Assembly (NCBI GenBank): GCA_030149205.1
Contig: JASBSB010000006.1
Coordinates: 630,001-662,000 of the forward strand
Direction: 5' to 3'
Length of the DNA stretch: 32,000 bases
Source of the DNA: Candidatus Heimdallarchaeota archaeon
Lineage (GTDB): Archaea > Asgardarchaeota > Heimdallarchaeia > Heimdallarchaeales > Kariarchaeaceae
In this document: piece by piece, positions 7,667 through 16,678 of the stretch
How positions within the stretch are numbered: position 1 is the stretch's first letter
How the letters are laid out: the number at the start of each line of letters is the position of its first letter
Program-made: the position numbers and the translations under genes
Notes under the pieces: model-generated
What the model saw: only the letters and a program-made list of their open reading frames with translations
Database searches by the model: none
What the model was told of the DNA's origin: nothing

Positions 7667-8503
7667 TTGAAGTTTAGAGAGGAAGTAAGCCTTTATCTAA
7701 AAGAAGCTTACTCTCTTTCAGAAAACACAATCAAAGGTTTCGGAATCCCAAAAGGGTTTCAAAGAACTGGTTCAATATTGATTTTACGATCAAACCATAA
7801 ATTAGACGAAAGAATTGGTGAAGCTTGTCTAAACATATATTCATGGACAACTGGGGTTTTTCAACATGTTTCGACTCAGACTGAGGGGAGAATACCAAAA
7901 TTAATCTACTTGGCAGGTCAAAGAAACACAGAAACCATACATATTGAAAACGGAGTAAAATATGTTTTAGACATTGAGAAAATTACGTTTTCCCAAGGTA
8001 ACTCAAACCTTCGAAAAAGATTAATAAATGAGGTTAATGATGGAGAAAATCTATTGGACATGTTTGCTGCAGTTGGTAATTTGAGTTTACAACCAATTCT
8101 ATATAAAACAATAAACTTTCATTTGATTGAAAAACAACCTTACACGTACAAATTTCTTTTGAAAACACTGAAAATTAATGATGTAACCAGAGGAATTACC
8201 CAAAACATAGACTGTAGAGACATTACAATTAAAAATTGGGCAGACAGAATATTTATGGGATATCATGATGTGAATGAAGAGCATTTAACTTCTGCACTTA
8301 AAGCGTTAAAACAAAATGGAATAATTCACTTACATCCTCTCGTGAAAAACCATGATGTATCTGAATGGATTGAGTATTACTCTAAAATCATAGAAGCGAA
8401 TAATTACAGTATAATAGACGTAACAAGTTACACAGTCAAGAAATTTTCACCAGGATTAGAACATACGGAAATTCAATTCAAAGTTTCTTCTATCAAGGCT
8501 TAG
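7667..8503 (+). CDS. taw2: Trm5/Taw2 (Met-10) family SAM-dependent tRNA position-37 modification enzyme, Taw2-like
   Basis: IPKGFQRTGSILIL, ENGVKYVLDIEKITFSQGN, LDMFAAVGNLSL, ADRIFMGYH, GIIHLH, VKKFSPGLEH. The MGY and KKFSPG.H features resemble Taw2 more than Trm5b. Start placed at TTG 7667 because the ORF-track TTG at 7658 lies inside the tRNA. Confidence 0.8.
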   Translation: MKFREEVSLYLKEAYSLSENTIKGFGIPKGFQRTGSILILRSNHKLDERIGEACLNIYSWTTGVFQHVSTQTEGRIPKLIYLAGQRNTETIHIENGVKYVLDIEKITFSQGNSNLRKRLINEVNDGENLLDMFAAVGNLSLQPILYKTINFHLIEKQPYTYKFLLKTLKINDVTRGITQNIDCRDITIKNWADRIFMGYHDVNEEHLTSALKALKQNGIIHLHPLVKNHDVSEWIEYYSKIIEANNYSIIDVTSYTVKKFSPGLEHTEIQFKVSSIKA

Positions 8504-10271
8504 GAATGATTTGTTGAACTATCTTTTGCAGTTCTGAACGAATGGGTTTTAGATCATGTATTCCGGATTTAGTGAGAGGAGATAAAACATTTAACTTTAA
8601 AGTTTGATTGACTATTCGATTTAAACTTAAGTTAGCTGCAATTAAATTTCCTCTAAACACATAGATGAAAAGAAAGTCTGTCCCCTTTTTGTTCTCCGTT
8701 GTGAAAAACAGCTGCTTTGAAATTATTGTAAATTCACCATGCTGAATTAACTTTAAGTGTTGTTCATTCTTAAATATCTCTCTTCCAAAATCATTGAAGG
8801 CTCGAATAAAATTTCCAATGAGCTTATCTGTATCACGACCAATGGGACTCTGAGAATATTGCAAATCAAAAATAACGCTCCCACCTGCATCGACTAGTAT
8901 CACAAATATTGGTTTCTCAGTAAATAGTTGATCTGGGTGAACAAATAATCTTACAAAATCAAATGCCTGGTTAATTTGAAGAGTCCCTATTTCGAATTTT
9001 ATGTTGCTATAATCTTTATCTTGGGAGCTTAATAATTCCAACTGATTTTCAATAATTGGGCGAAGATAAGCAATATTATTTTTATTAGCTATCTTATTAG
9101 CTTCATTTACACTTTGGATTGCATCTTTAAAAGACCCATCAATTAGATTAACCTTACTTTTAAGAATCAACGCTTGAATTGCAAAATCATAGGAATTATA
9201 GTTTATAGAACTCCTGTAAAGATTGTTAGCTGTGTCAATTATTTGAGAGATAGATTCTTGGGTTTGAAATAAAATATAATTCAACAACAATATCTCTGCT
9301 TTCGCAAAACTGGCTTTTACCTGATACTGAAAAATTGTTCGATCATCTTCAATAAGGTCTACTAAGATTTGGTGTGCCTCTAAGATTTTAAAAAGATCTT
9401 TCTGTTCTTTTAACAACAAGGCACGAGTATAGTTATACCGAGTTATCGTGCTTGGATCCTTAAATTTGATTGCCAAATCATTAAATTTTTTAAGTTGTAA
9501 TTCTGCTTTTTCAAATTCTTCTGAATTAATTAAAAATTCAATGTATGATGAATAGGCCCACCCTAGATAGTAGGCATTTTCAAGTTCAGTAAGCAAGCTT
9601 ATAGACTTCTCAAAATCTTGGATAGCTAAGTCTTTCATTCCAATTTTCCAATAACAACTTGCAGAGTTCTCAAGTACACTAGCAAGGTAATTCAGATATG
9701 ATTCTTTCTCAAAATACTCCTTTGCAGGGGTCAGATATTCCAAGGCTGATTTGTAATCACCTTTTGTCATTAGAAAATAACCAATATTATCATAACAAAG
9801 AAACACCCAAGCCTTATCCCCAATCGACTCGAAGGCACTTATTGCAATTTTATAATGCTTAATACCCTCAGAATACATTCCTGCAATAAAATAGTAAAGG
9901 CCATAGGCTTTGTTCAGAAGAGCTAATAAAAATGATTTTTCCATTGGATGAAGTTCATCGGATTTTGTGTTAATTAATTCTTCAAGTAATAAAAGTTGGT
10001 TATACACTTTAGGTTTAGACCCACCACGTAGAGTGACATCGATTTTAAATGCCAAAGCAAAGAGATATTCTGGGGACGGAGGTTCATCTTCCAAACCAAA
10101 AAACATATCAATAGCAGTATTAGCCTTAGTGAACTGCCCTTGCATTGAATGATAAATTATTTTGAGTAAGAGAGCTTTAGAAAGAGGGAAATCAAATGAA
10201 TCGATTATAGATTCATCAACTTCATTTCTTAGAAATCTCTTAAATAAACCTCTTTCTAACTTATCAAACAT
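8493..10271 (-). CDS. TPR protein with C-terminal longin-like domain (Asgard-type)
   Basis: TPR patterns (CYDNIGYFLMTKGDYKSALEYL, VLENSASCYWKIGMKDLAIQDFEKSI); C-terminal PIFVILVDAGGSVIF...LIGNFIRAFNDFGREIF...HGEFTII...FIYVFRG has longin-like beta-beta-alpha-beta-beta-beta-alpha order. Confidence 0.8.
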   Translation of the reverse strand: MFDKLERGLFKRFLRNEVDESIIDSFDFPLSKALLLKIIYHSMQGQFTKANTAIDMFFGLEDEPPSPEYLFALAFKIDVTLRGGSKPKVYNQLLLLEELINTKSDELHPMEKSFLLALLNKAYGLYYFIAGMYSEGIKHYKIAISAFESIGDKAWVFLCYDNIGYFLMTKGDYKSALEYLTPAKEYFEKESYLNYLASVLENSASCYWKIGMKDLAIQDFEKSISLLTELENAYYLGWAYSSYIEFLINSEEFEKAELQLKKFNDLAIKFKDPSTITRYNYTRALLLKEQKDLFKILEAHQILVDLIEDDRTIFQYQVKASFAKAEILLLNYILFQTQESISQIIDTANNLYRSSINYNSYDFAIQALILKSKVNLIDGSFKDAIQSVNEANKIANKNNIAYLRPIIENQLELLSSQDKDYSNIKFEIGTLQINQAFDFVRLFVHPDQLFTEKPIFVILVDAGGSVIFDLQYSQSPIGRDTDKLIGNFIRAFNDFGREIFKNEQHLKLIQHGEFTIISKQLFFTTENKKGTDFLFIYVFRGNLIAANLSLNRIVNQTLKLNVLSPLTKSGIHDLKPIRSELQKIVQQIIPKP

Positions 10272-10330
10272 TAAGTTTCCAACAATAATAAATGGTAATG
10301 AAAATATTAAACCTTTATCTAAAATCTAGT

Positions 10331-11353
10331 CTACCAATGATTGATTATGAAATCCATACCACTTGATAAAATCCCATTAAAATTGCTTGAGTCATGTAAT
10401 CCTCTTGCTGAGGCAATTTTATAGTCAAAATATGAAGTTGCTGTTGATTCATACCAGTAATAATATTTGAACCAACTTATCTTGTCATTGACCTTAACAT
10501 TATCACTGTAAACTGCGCTGTGATAAGGAATAAAATCAACAGTGATTCCCATAACAGTGATGTATGAGGCTACTGGATGATAGATCGTGTTCACAGTAGC
10601 ACCACCCCATCCGATAGACCACCTACCTTCACCATTGCTTAGTGCAAAAGCAGCTGTTGTCATTGGGCCAATTACGTTTGCTTTAAACCATGATCCTTTT
10701 TCCACACTTTGTAACCAACCATAATGTTGATTATAAAGGTCTGAGCCATGATACATTTGCTGTCCTGCGGGTGTAATTGTGAAGAAATCAAATAATAATC
10801 CACTTAACCAAGACACATAACCAGAAATGTAGACTCCATAATGAGGAGAATCTAAAGTGATAAAAATGTCCACACCCATGTTAGAGTTTTCTTGGACAAA
10901 CATTGTTCTTGCAACTATACCACCCATGGATGCACCAGCTACTGCCAATCTATAATTTCCTGTGAAATACCCATCTAAATATCTGATGAAATCAGCCAAA
11001 TTTTGAGCTTGCTGACCTAACCAAAGGTCTCCGTCGACATAATCAAATATGATGACATCAAACCCCTTACTGGTCATTGTGTTAATTAATGAGCTATACT
11101 GTGAAATTGCAGTATCTGTGGTGAATGAATTATCTGGATCGAAACCTAACAATACAATCACTGGTTTGTCTAATGCACCAGCAATCCTCCATTCAGTAAT
11201 ATATCCTGAATGTCCGTTTACACTTCTCTTTTCATAATGGAAATTTGTAACTGTGTATCCAAAGACAGAACTCAAATTAGTTCCACCAATTACAAATATC
11301 AAAAGGAAAACAGAAATAGCGAATACTTTTAGAGTATTTTTTCGTGCTTTCAT
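10331..11353 (-). CDS. Secreted alpha/beta hydrolase (lipase/esterase-like)
   Basis: Basic-hydrophobic N-terminal signal peptide; KPVIVLLGFDP; nucleophile elbow GASMGG; FITLDSPHYG; C-terminal His in RGLHDSS. Confidence 0.85.
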   Translation of the reverse strand: MKARKNTLKVFAISVFLLIFVIGGTNLSSVFGYTVTNFHYEKRSVNGHSGYITEWRIAGALDKPVIVLLGFDPDNSFTTDTAISQYSSLINTMTSKGFDVIIFDYVDGDLWLGQQAQNLADFIRYLDGYFTGNYRLAVAGASMGGIVARTMFVQENSNMGVDIFITLDSPHYGVYISGYVSWLSGLLFDFFTITPAGQQMYHGSDLYNQHYGWLQSVEKGSWFKANVIGPMTTAAFALSNGEGRWSIGWGGATVNTIYHPVASYITVMGITVDFIPYHSAVYSDNVKVNDKISWFKYYYWYESTATSYFDYKIASARGLHDSSNFNGILSSGMDFIINHW

Positions 11354-11632
11354 ATATAATCTCGTACCCTATTGGGCAGGTTATTTCTAATATTTTGGTT
11401 TAAAAAGTTAACGAAAGACACATGCACATTACGATTTTCGATACTCATCAAAGTTGAGAATAGAAACCCTATATTACCAAAAAAATCATTTTAAAATATA
11501 ATAGAAACTTTTGTGGTTCGATTTTCTTCAGTCTCAAAATTGTTCTTCATTAATAAAATAGGGATTCTTTGGGGTATTAAATGAGAAAGTGTCACCTCTT
11601 ACAATACGAATTGAAACTATATTTGTTCGAAG

Positions 11633-12904
11633 TTATCCCAAACTAATAGACTCTTCGAACTCTTCAGTAAATTCATCGGTTGGGATCGAATCATCAACTG
11701 ACCTGAACCTTGTTACAGTAAAAACGAAAAGAAGTGTTGAAATAATATAGAGTGTAGAGGTAATGAGAAATGATTCTATATAACCGTAGAGATCAATCAA
11801 ATTGCCACTTACTGGGGAAAATACGGTCCAACCTACCCACCTGAATGTACTTAACCAAGCACCTCCTGTGGCACGGATCTTTTCCTCAATATATGACAAA
11901 AAGGATGCCTGAACAATAGGTGAACTCATATTGGCAAACATACCTCGAAGAATGTAGAATATGCTTGCTGTAATTAAGTTTGTAGATATCACTAATCCAA
12001 TCAATGAGAATACAGATAACATTGAGGTTACTAAATAGACCTTAGTTGGATTAAATTTTCGGGTTAAGAAAGGTGTTGTCTGTGTTGCTATCCCCATTGC
12101 AAGATTTAAAATTAAGACTAATACGGAGATTTGTGCAGGTTGAGCACCAAGTGACTTAAGGAAGGGGGGAAGATATGGTAAGGTTGCACCAGCCCCAGCA
12201 CCAGACATTAAATTCACCAAGGTAAATAGAATAAACGGGACTACAGCAGCTGAGGTATAAAGAATTTTGACTTGAGCCTTAAAATTAACTTGAGAATCCA
12301 TATCTTCCTTTGTTTCTTTTCGAATTTGAACAAAAAACAATACAAAAAATAACAAGCCACCGGTGGTCAGAACTACAAAAACTGGGAAAAAGATAGATGA
12401 CAGATTTTGTGAAGAGTACGATGAAGTGTTATAAAACCAGAAAGCTGAAATCCCTGCACCGATAGCAGGTGGAATCATCCAAGTTGTACTAAAGAGGGCA
12501 AACGCTGTGATCCTACTGTTCCCCTTATTCTGTGCTAAGATTGCTGCACCAGGTCCACTCATTGCTGCTTGTGAGATACCCGCAATTAAATAAAAGTTAT
12601 AAACACCTTGCTGAGTTTGATTAAACATAATCATTGGACCTGCTATTAAAGCACTGAGTCCACTGAATCCAACAATCTTCGATAACCCCAGTCGTGTTGC
12701 AAACAACGCAAGGGGAAAAGAAAGTATAGCAACAATCAGAAATCTTGCTGCTAAAATTGACCCAACCTCTTGATAAGACGACCCAAGAAGCTTCAGATAT
12801 ATTGATATTGTAGGATCAAGAATCCCCATTGCCAGATTTGTGACTGAAGCACCAAAAATAACTACATATGAGAATGGAGTCAACCCTTTGTAGGATTCAA
12901 ACAT
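11633..12904 (-). CDS. MFS transporter
   Basis: 423 aa, about 12 hydrophobic segments in two halves; degenerate motif A (FATRLGLSK, LTRKFNPTK); RGMFANMSSPI. Confidence 0.88.
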   Translation of the reverse strand: MFESYKGLTPFSYVVIFGASVTNLAMGILDPTISIYLKLLGSSYQEVGSILAARFLIVAILSFPLALFATRLGLSKIVGFSGLSALIAGPMIMFNQTQQGVYNFYLIAGISQAAMSGPGAAILAQNKGNSRITAFALFSTTWMIPPAIGAGISAFWFYNTSSYSSQNLSSIFFPVFVVLTTGGLLFFVLFFVQIRKETKEDMDSQVNFKAQVKILYTSAAVVPFILFTLVNLMSGAGAGATLPYLPPFLKSLGAQPAQISVLVLILNLAMGIATQTTPFLTRKFNPTKVYLVTSMLSVFSLIGLVISTNLITASIFYILRGMFANMSSPIVQASFLSYIEEKIRATGGAWLSTFRWVGWTVFSPVSGNLIDLYGYIESFLITSTLYIISTLLFVFTVTRFRSVDDSIPTDEFTEEFEESISLG

Positions 12905-13007
12905 TAGTTAGATCAATTATTTTGCTTTTTCAACCTTTAGTCATATCCTGATAACAAAAGGAAAATTGATGATTACTGGAAAAACTTCAAAGCCTTGTGA
13001 ATCAATG

Positions 13008-14390
13008 CTAATTTGCAGGAACTTCCATTGAGGTCTCTTCAACTGAAACAAAGCTGTCGATATTTTCAGCTGCTTTTTTAGCTGCTGCTATGGCTTCAAT
13101 AGCGGTTTTAGGACCAGTTACATCGTCTCCTGCTGCAAAAACACCATATACCGAAGTCATATAGGTCTCCGGATCTACTTCGAAAGTGTGCCACTTACTT
13201 AAAACAAAGTTTTGTTCACTGAGATAATCAAATTCTGGTTCTTGAGAAATAGCCTCAATCACAGTATCACAGGGGATTATATACTCTGAACCTTGAATTG
13301 GGATGGGACGTCTTCTACCACTTTCGTCTGGTTCACCAAGCTCCATTTTAATTACTTCAATCCCTGTTACTTTACCATCCATCCCAATAATTTTGGTTGG
13401 ATTTCGTAAATATTCGATCTTTATACCTTCTTCCTCGGTTGCTTCTATTTCCTCCTTAGCAGCTGGCATCTCTGCTTTTGTTCTACGATAAATTATTTCT
13501 GAAGTAGAACCTAACCTTAGTGAAACTCTTACTGCATCAATTGCCACATCACCACCACCAATAACAACGACGTGTTTCCCTATTGAGGTAATTTCTCTAA
13601 GTGCCACATTTCTAAGAAAATCTATAGCATGAACTACACCCTCTAGGTCTTCACCGGGTATATTCATATATTTTGGTTTGTGAGCTCCATGACCAATAAA
13701 AATCGCATCATATCCTAATGAAAATAAATCATCAATTTTTATGTCAACACCAAAGTTAACTCCCGTTTTAAAAATTACTCCAATAGACTCAAGCTTCCTA
13801 ATCTCTGATTCCAACAAAGAATTCTTTAGCCGGTATTCTGGGATACCCACAGCCAACATTCCTCCCAACAATTGAAATTTTTCGAAAACAGTTATTGAGT
13901 GACCTCTTAAGGCCAAATCATGAGCTACGGTTAAGCCTGCCGGACCAGCTCCTATAACTGCAATCTTCTTCCCTGATGGAGTGGTAGGGTTCAATGTTTT
14001 TTCATTGTGATCTGCTAAAAATCGTTTTATTGTAACAATCTGAATTGGTTCCCCTTTTTTCCCAACCACACAAGCATCCTGACAAAACGCAGGACAGATT
14101 CTATTGAATGAGGAAGGAAAGCAATAAAAATCATTTACAATCTTCGCAGCACCCTCTGGATTCCTTTCCTTTAAGTTCACCATCATATCTCGGATGTCAA
14201 AATGAGCTGGACAGGCATCCTCACATTTTGGTTTTCCACAAGTCAAGCACCTATCAGCTTCAGAATACACCTCTTCTTCAGTTAAATAACCTAAGTTAAC
14301 CTCATCAAAGTTTGACACCCTCTGTTCAACAGGCAAAAAATGTTTTGGCACTGCCTCTCTTCTTCTTTTTTTCTTTTCAGTAGTTGACAT
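13008..14390 (-). CDS. GltD/SudA/NfnB-like NAD(P)H-dependent iron-sulfur flavoprotein
   Basis: EADRCLTCGKPKCEDACP, RICPAFCQDAC, IAVIGAGPAGL, GGMLAVGIPEYRL, VIGGGDVAIDAVR, GVFAAGDDVTGP. Start moved to ATG 14390 (MSTTEKKK), which has GGTGA 5 nt upstream. Confidence 0.9.
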   Translation of the reverse strand: MSTTEKKKRRREAVPKHFLPVEQRVSNFDEVNLGYLTEEEVYSEADRCLTCGKPKCEDACPAHFDIRDMMVNLKERNPEGAAKIVNDFYCFPSSFNRICPAFCQDACVVGKKGEPIQIVTIKRFLADHNEKTLNPTTPSGKKIAVIGAGPAGLTVAHDLALRGHSITVFEKFQLLGGMLAVGIPEYRLKNSLLESEIRKLESIGVIFKTGVNFGVDIKIDDLFSLGYDAIFIGHGAHKPKYMNIPGEDLEGVVHAIDFLRNVALREITSIGKHVVVIGGGDVAIDAVRVSLRLGSTSEIIYRRTKAEMPAAKEEIEATEEEGIKIEYLRNPTKIIGMDGKVTGIEVIKMELGEPDESGRRRPIPIQGSEYIIPCDTVIEAISQEPEFDYLSEQNFVLSKWHTFEVDPETYMTSVYGVFAAGDDVTGPKTAIEAIAAAKKAAENIDSFVSVEETSMEVPAN

Positions 14391-14783
14391 AAATCTCACC
14401 CAATGGTGTTTTAATTTACTAAATATAGTATATAACCACAAAGGTGCCATTCGAAACTTGAAGTATCAATAAACTTGATGTTAGTAATTTTTTCTATTTT
14501 CGTACTAGATTATATTTTGGGAATTATTTTTTTAATATGTTCAAATTTCGAACGTATTTCTCAATAAAGACTGTAAAAATGTGAAAATAATGCGATATAA
14601 TATATCATTTATGCAAAAACACAAGATATAATACGATTACTGAAAAAATTATTACGAAAAAATATAAATTTCAATAGAAGTTCGGGTAATTTCATATTAT
14701 TTATTTCGAATATAAATGAATTATTGCATGGTTTTCCTATAAAACCCAATTGAAACCAAATTAAATTTCCAAGAATTTAGTTT

Positions 14784-15200
14784 TCATAAACCGTGAATAT
14801 AGAGTGGTTTGATCATAAAGATTATGCGTTTTTCTCCCTCTGGAAGTGGATAAACCTCTCGATTCATATACCTTTTTGCTAATTTATCAATGTGAGGAAC
14901 TGAAATCTCTTGATCATTTATCTGATCCACTACTTCCCCTTGCACTGATACATACTCATAAGGATCATTTGGGTTCAAAATAGCTAATGCGACTCTGTTA
15001 TTCTTCAATACATTGTTGAATTTCTTTCTCCCAGGAGCAGTATTGAAAGAGAACATGCCAGTCTCTTTATCAAAATCGAACCAAATTGGGGTAAGTTGTG
15101 GAAATCCATTTTCATTAACTGTTGCTAACATAGCCACGTAGGGTTGAGAGAGAAATTCAAAATATTTTGGGGGGATATTTGTTGGGTTTTTTAATCTCAT
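14784..15200 (-). CDS. PPOX-class (split beta-barrel) probable F420-dependent oxidoreductase
   Basis: AMLATVNENGFPQLTPIWF, FNTAPGRKKFNNVLKNNRVAL, NPNDPYEYVSVQGEV, HIDKLAKRY. Confidence 0.85.
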   Translation of the reverse strand: MRLKNPTNIPPKYFEFLSQPYVAMLATVNENGFPQLTPIWFDFDKETGMFSFNTAPGRKKFNNVLKNNRVALAILNPNDPYEYVSVQGEVVDQINDQEISVPHIDKLAKRYMNREVYPLPEGEKRIIFMIKPLYIHGL

Positions 15201-15308
15201 TAATTACCAATTTGTCAATCTATGATAAATCTATGCTTTTTTCTATTTGACCTTTGATTTTAAGCATCAGAAAAGCAGCTTTTTAAGTCACAAAATCAGT
15301 ATAAGTTT

Positions 15309-15773
15309 ATGATTACCCATATTACAAAAGATGAAGTTGAAGCTATCATCATGAGTGAATATGGTATTTACTTAAGCCTAAATCCCAAAGGTTACTTCTT
15401 TTTGTTTCAAAAAAGAGAAAGAAACGAAATTTATTGGTGCGATAATCCCATAATGTTGGATCAGTCCCTCTCAATTTCTAAAATAACATCAGTAGGGTTG
15501 ATGCTTTGTTATTATTCAGAGAAAGAAAAAGGGTTCATCCCCCAAATTATTGAAGTTCTTCATCCAGAATATCCAATGATACCTATCACATCCTTAAAAG
15601 TGGCAACTGAAGTAACAAATCATAAAGAAATTAGCATGAGTGTACTTGAGATCTTTGAGAACAAACAGGTAATCCTAACTTACAAAGACCGACCAATTGG
15701 GTTTGGCATGTGTCAACAATCTAAGTTCAAACCGGTTATAGATGTTGGATGGTACCTCAGAGAGGGTGACTAA
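15309..15773 (+). CDS. Nip7/UPF0113-like PUA-domain ribosome biogenesis protein
   Basis: C-terminal PUA-like segment VILTYKDRPIGFG and terminal IDVGWYLREG, matching the Nip7-type D(I/V)G.YLR end. Confidence 0.7.
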   Translation: MITHITKDEVEAIIMSEYGIYLSLNPKGYFFLFQKRERNEIYWCDNPIMLDQSLSISKITSVGLMLCYYSEKEKGFIPQIIEVLHPEYPMIPITSLKVATEVTNHKEISMSVLEIFENKQVILTYKDRPIGFGMCQQSKFKPVIDVGWYLREGD

Positions 15774-16495
15774 TTAAGGGTCTTAACCCACTCTTTGAAG
15801 TAGTTATCAAACAGGATAAGGGAAAGGTCTCTATTTGACCTAAAATCATCTAACTTTTTTACTGAGTATTTAGTTATCATCTTACTGAGATTTTGTTGGA
15901 GATTTGATTTTACCAAATATTGAAGGTTATATAATACTGCCAAACCCTCTTTATTGATATTAAATTCTTTAGGCAGTTCTTCATCAGTTACCTCAAAGTA
16001 GAAAAAGTTGTTCTTTTTTCTCAGGCTCTTGGCAATTCCTGTCCATGCTCCACAATAAAATTGTAATTCATTAATTTGAAAGGAAAGGTACTGATCTTGT
16101 GATTCAACAGTAATTTCACCAAGATTGTTTACAATTGCCAGTCGTAATACTCCTTTCAGGTAGCTGCGAATTAAGTTGTTTTTCGTTAAAATAAATACTG
16201 TTACTTCCTTACCAATTACAGGCTGAATATTTGCCAAAGTGGTTGAATAATATGATTCAGTTTCCTCACTTATAAGATCAAAATAATCAACCCTCCGGGC
16301 TGCCCCCTTTCCATCAATCTTTACAACCAGACTATGATCTTTATGTAGAAGGGAAAATGAATGCAACCCTGATCCCTGATCTATTGAATACTTCACATCG
16401 GGGTCAGAGTAATCAACAGATATCTGTTCTGTCTTCTTACATCTTTCACAGTAGACTTGGATGCTTACGATGGACGTAGAAATTTCACCCACCAT
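15770..16495 (-). CDS. Hypothetical protein with N-terminal CxxC / His putative metal-binding domain
   Basis: VYCERCKK and GLHSFSLLHKDHSLVVKIDGKGAARRV; stop codon overlaps that of the convergent nip7-like gene. Confidence 0.75.
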   Translation of the reverse strand: MVGEISTSIVSIQVYCERCKKTEQISVDYSDPDVKYSIDQGSGLHSFSLLHKDHSLVVKIDGKGAARRVDYFDLISEETESYYSTTLANIQPVIGKEVTVFILTKNNLIRSYLKGVLRLAIVNNLGEITVESQDQYLSFQINELQFYCGAWTGIAKSLRKKNNFFYFEVTDEELPKEFNINKEGLAVLYNLQYLVKSNLQQNLSKMITKYSVKKLDDFRSNRDLSLILFDNYFKEWVKTLN

Positions 16496-16678
16496 TAAAG
16501 GTGTTTTTGTACTTATTAAATTATTTAGTATTATTTTACTTAATTCAGAAGATAAACTTGTAAGATTAGTGTATAATTCTATATTTTAAATCACAGTTTT
16601 CTTTTCTCACGAAAATAGCTTTGAAAATTTGAGGCAGCACTATTATACACGGTTAATCGAATTTATCTTAGATCATCA

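Noticed and set aside
14391-14450. N-terminal extension MAPLWLY... of the GltD-like protein
   Set aside because: ATG 14390 has a GGTGA SD and matches the family start; the extension is likely untranslated.
14594-14606. Palindrome GATATA-A-TATATC in an AT-rich intergenic region
   Set aside because: Short and AT-only in very AT-rich DNA; plausible by chance; no adjacent regulator.
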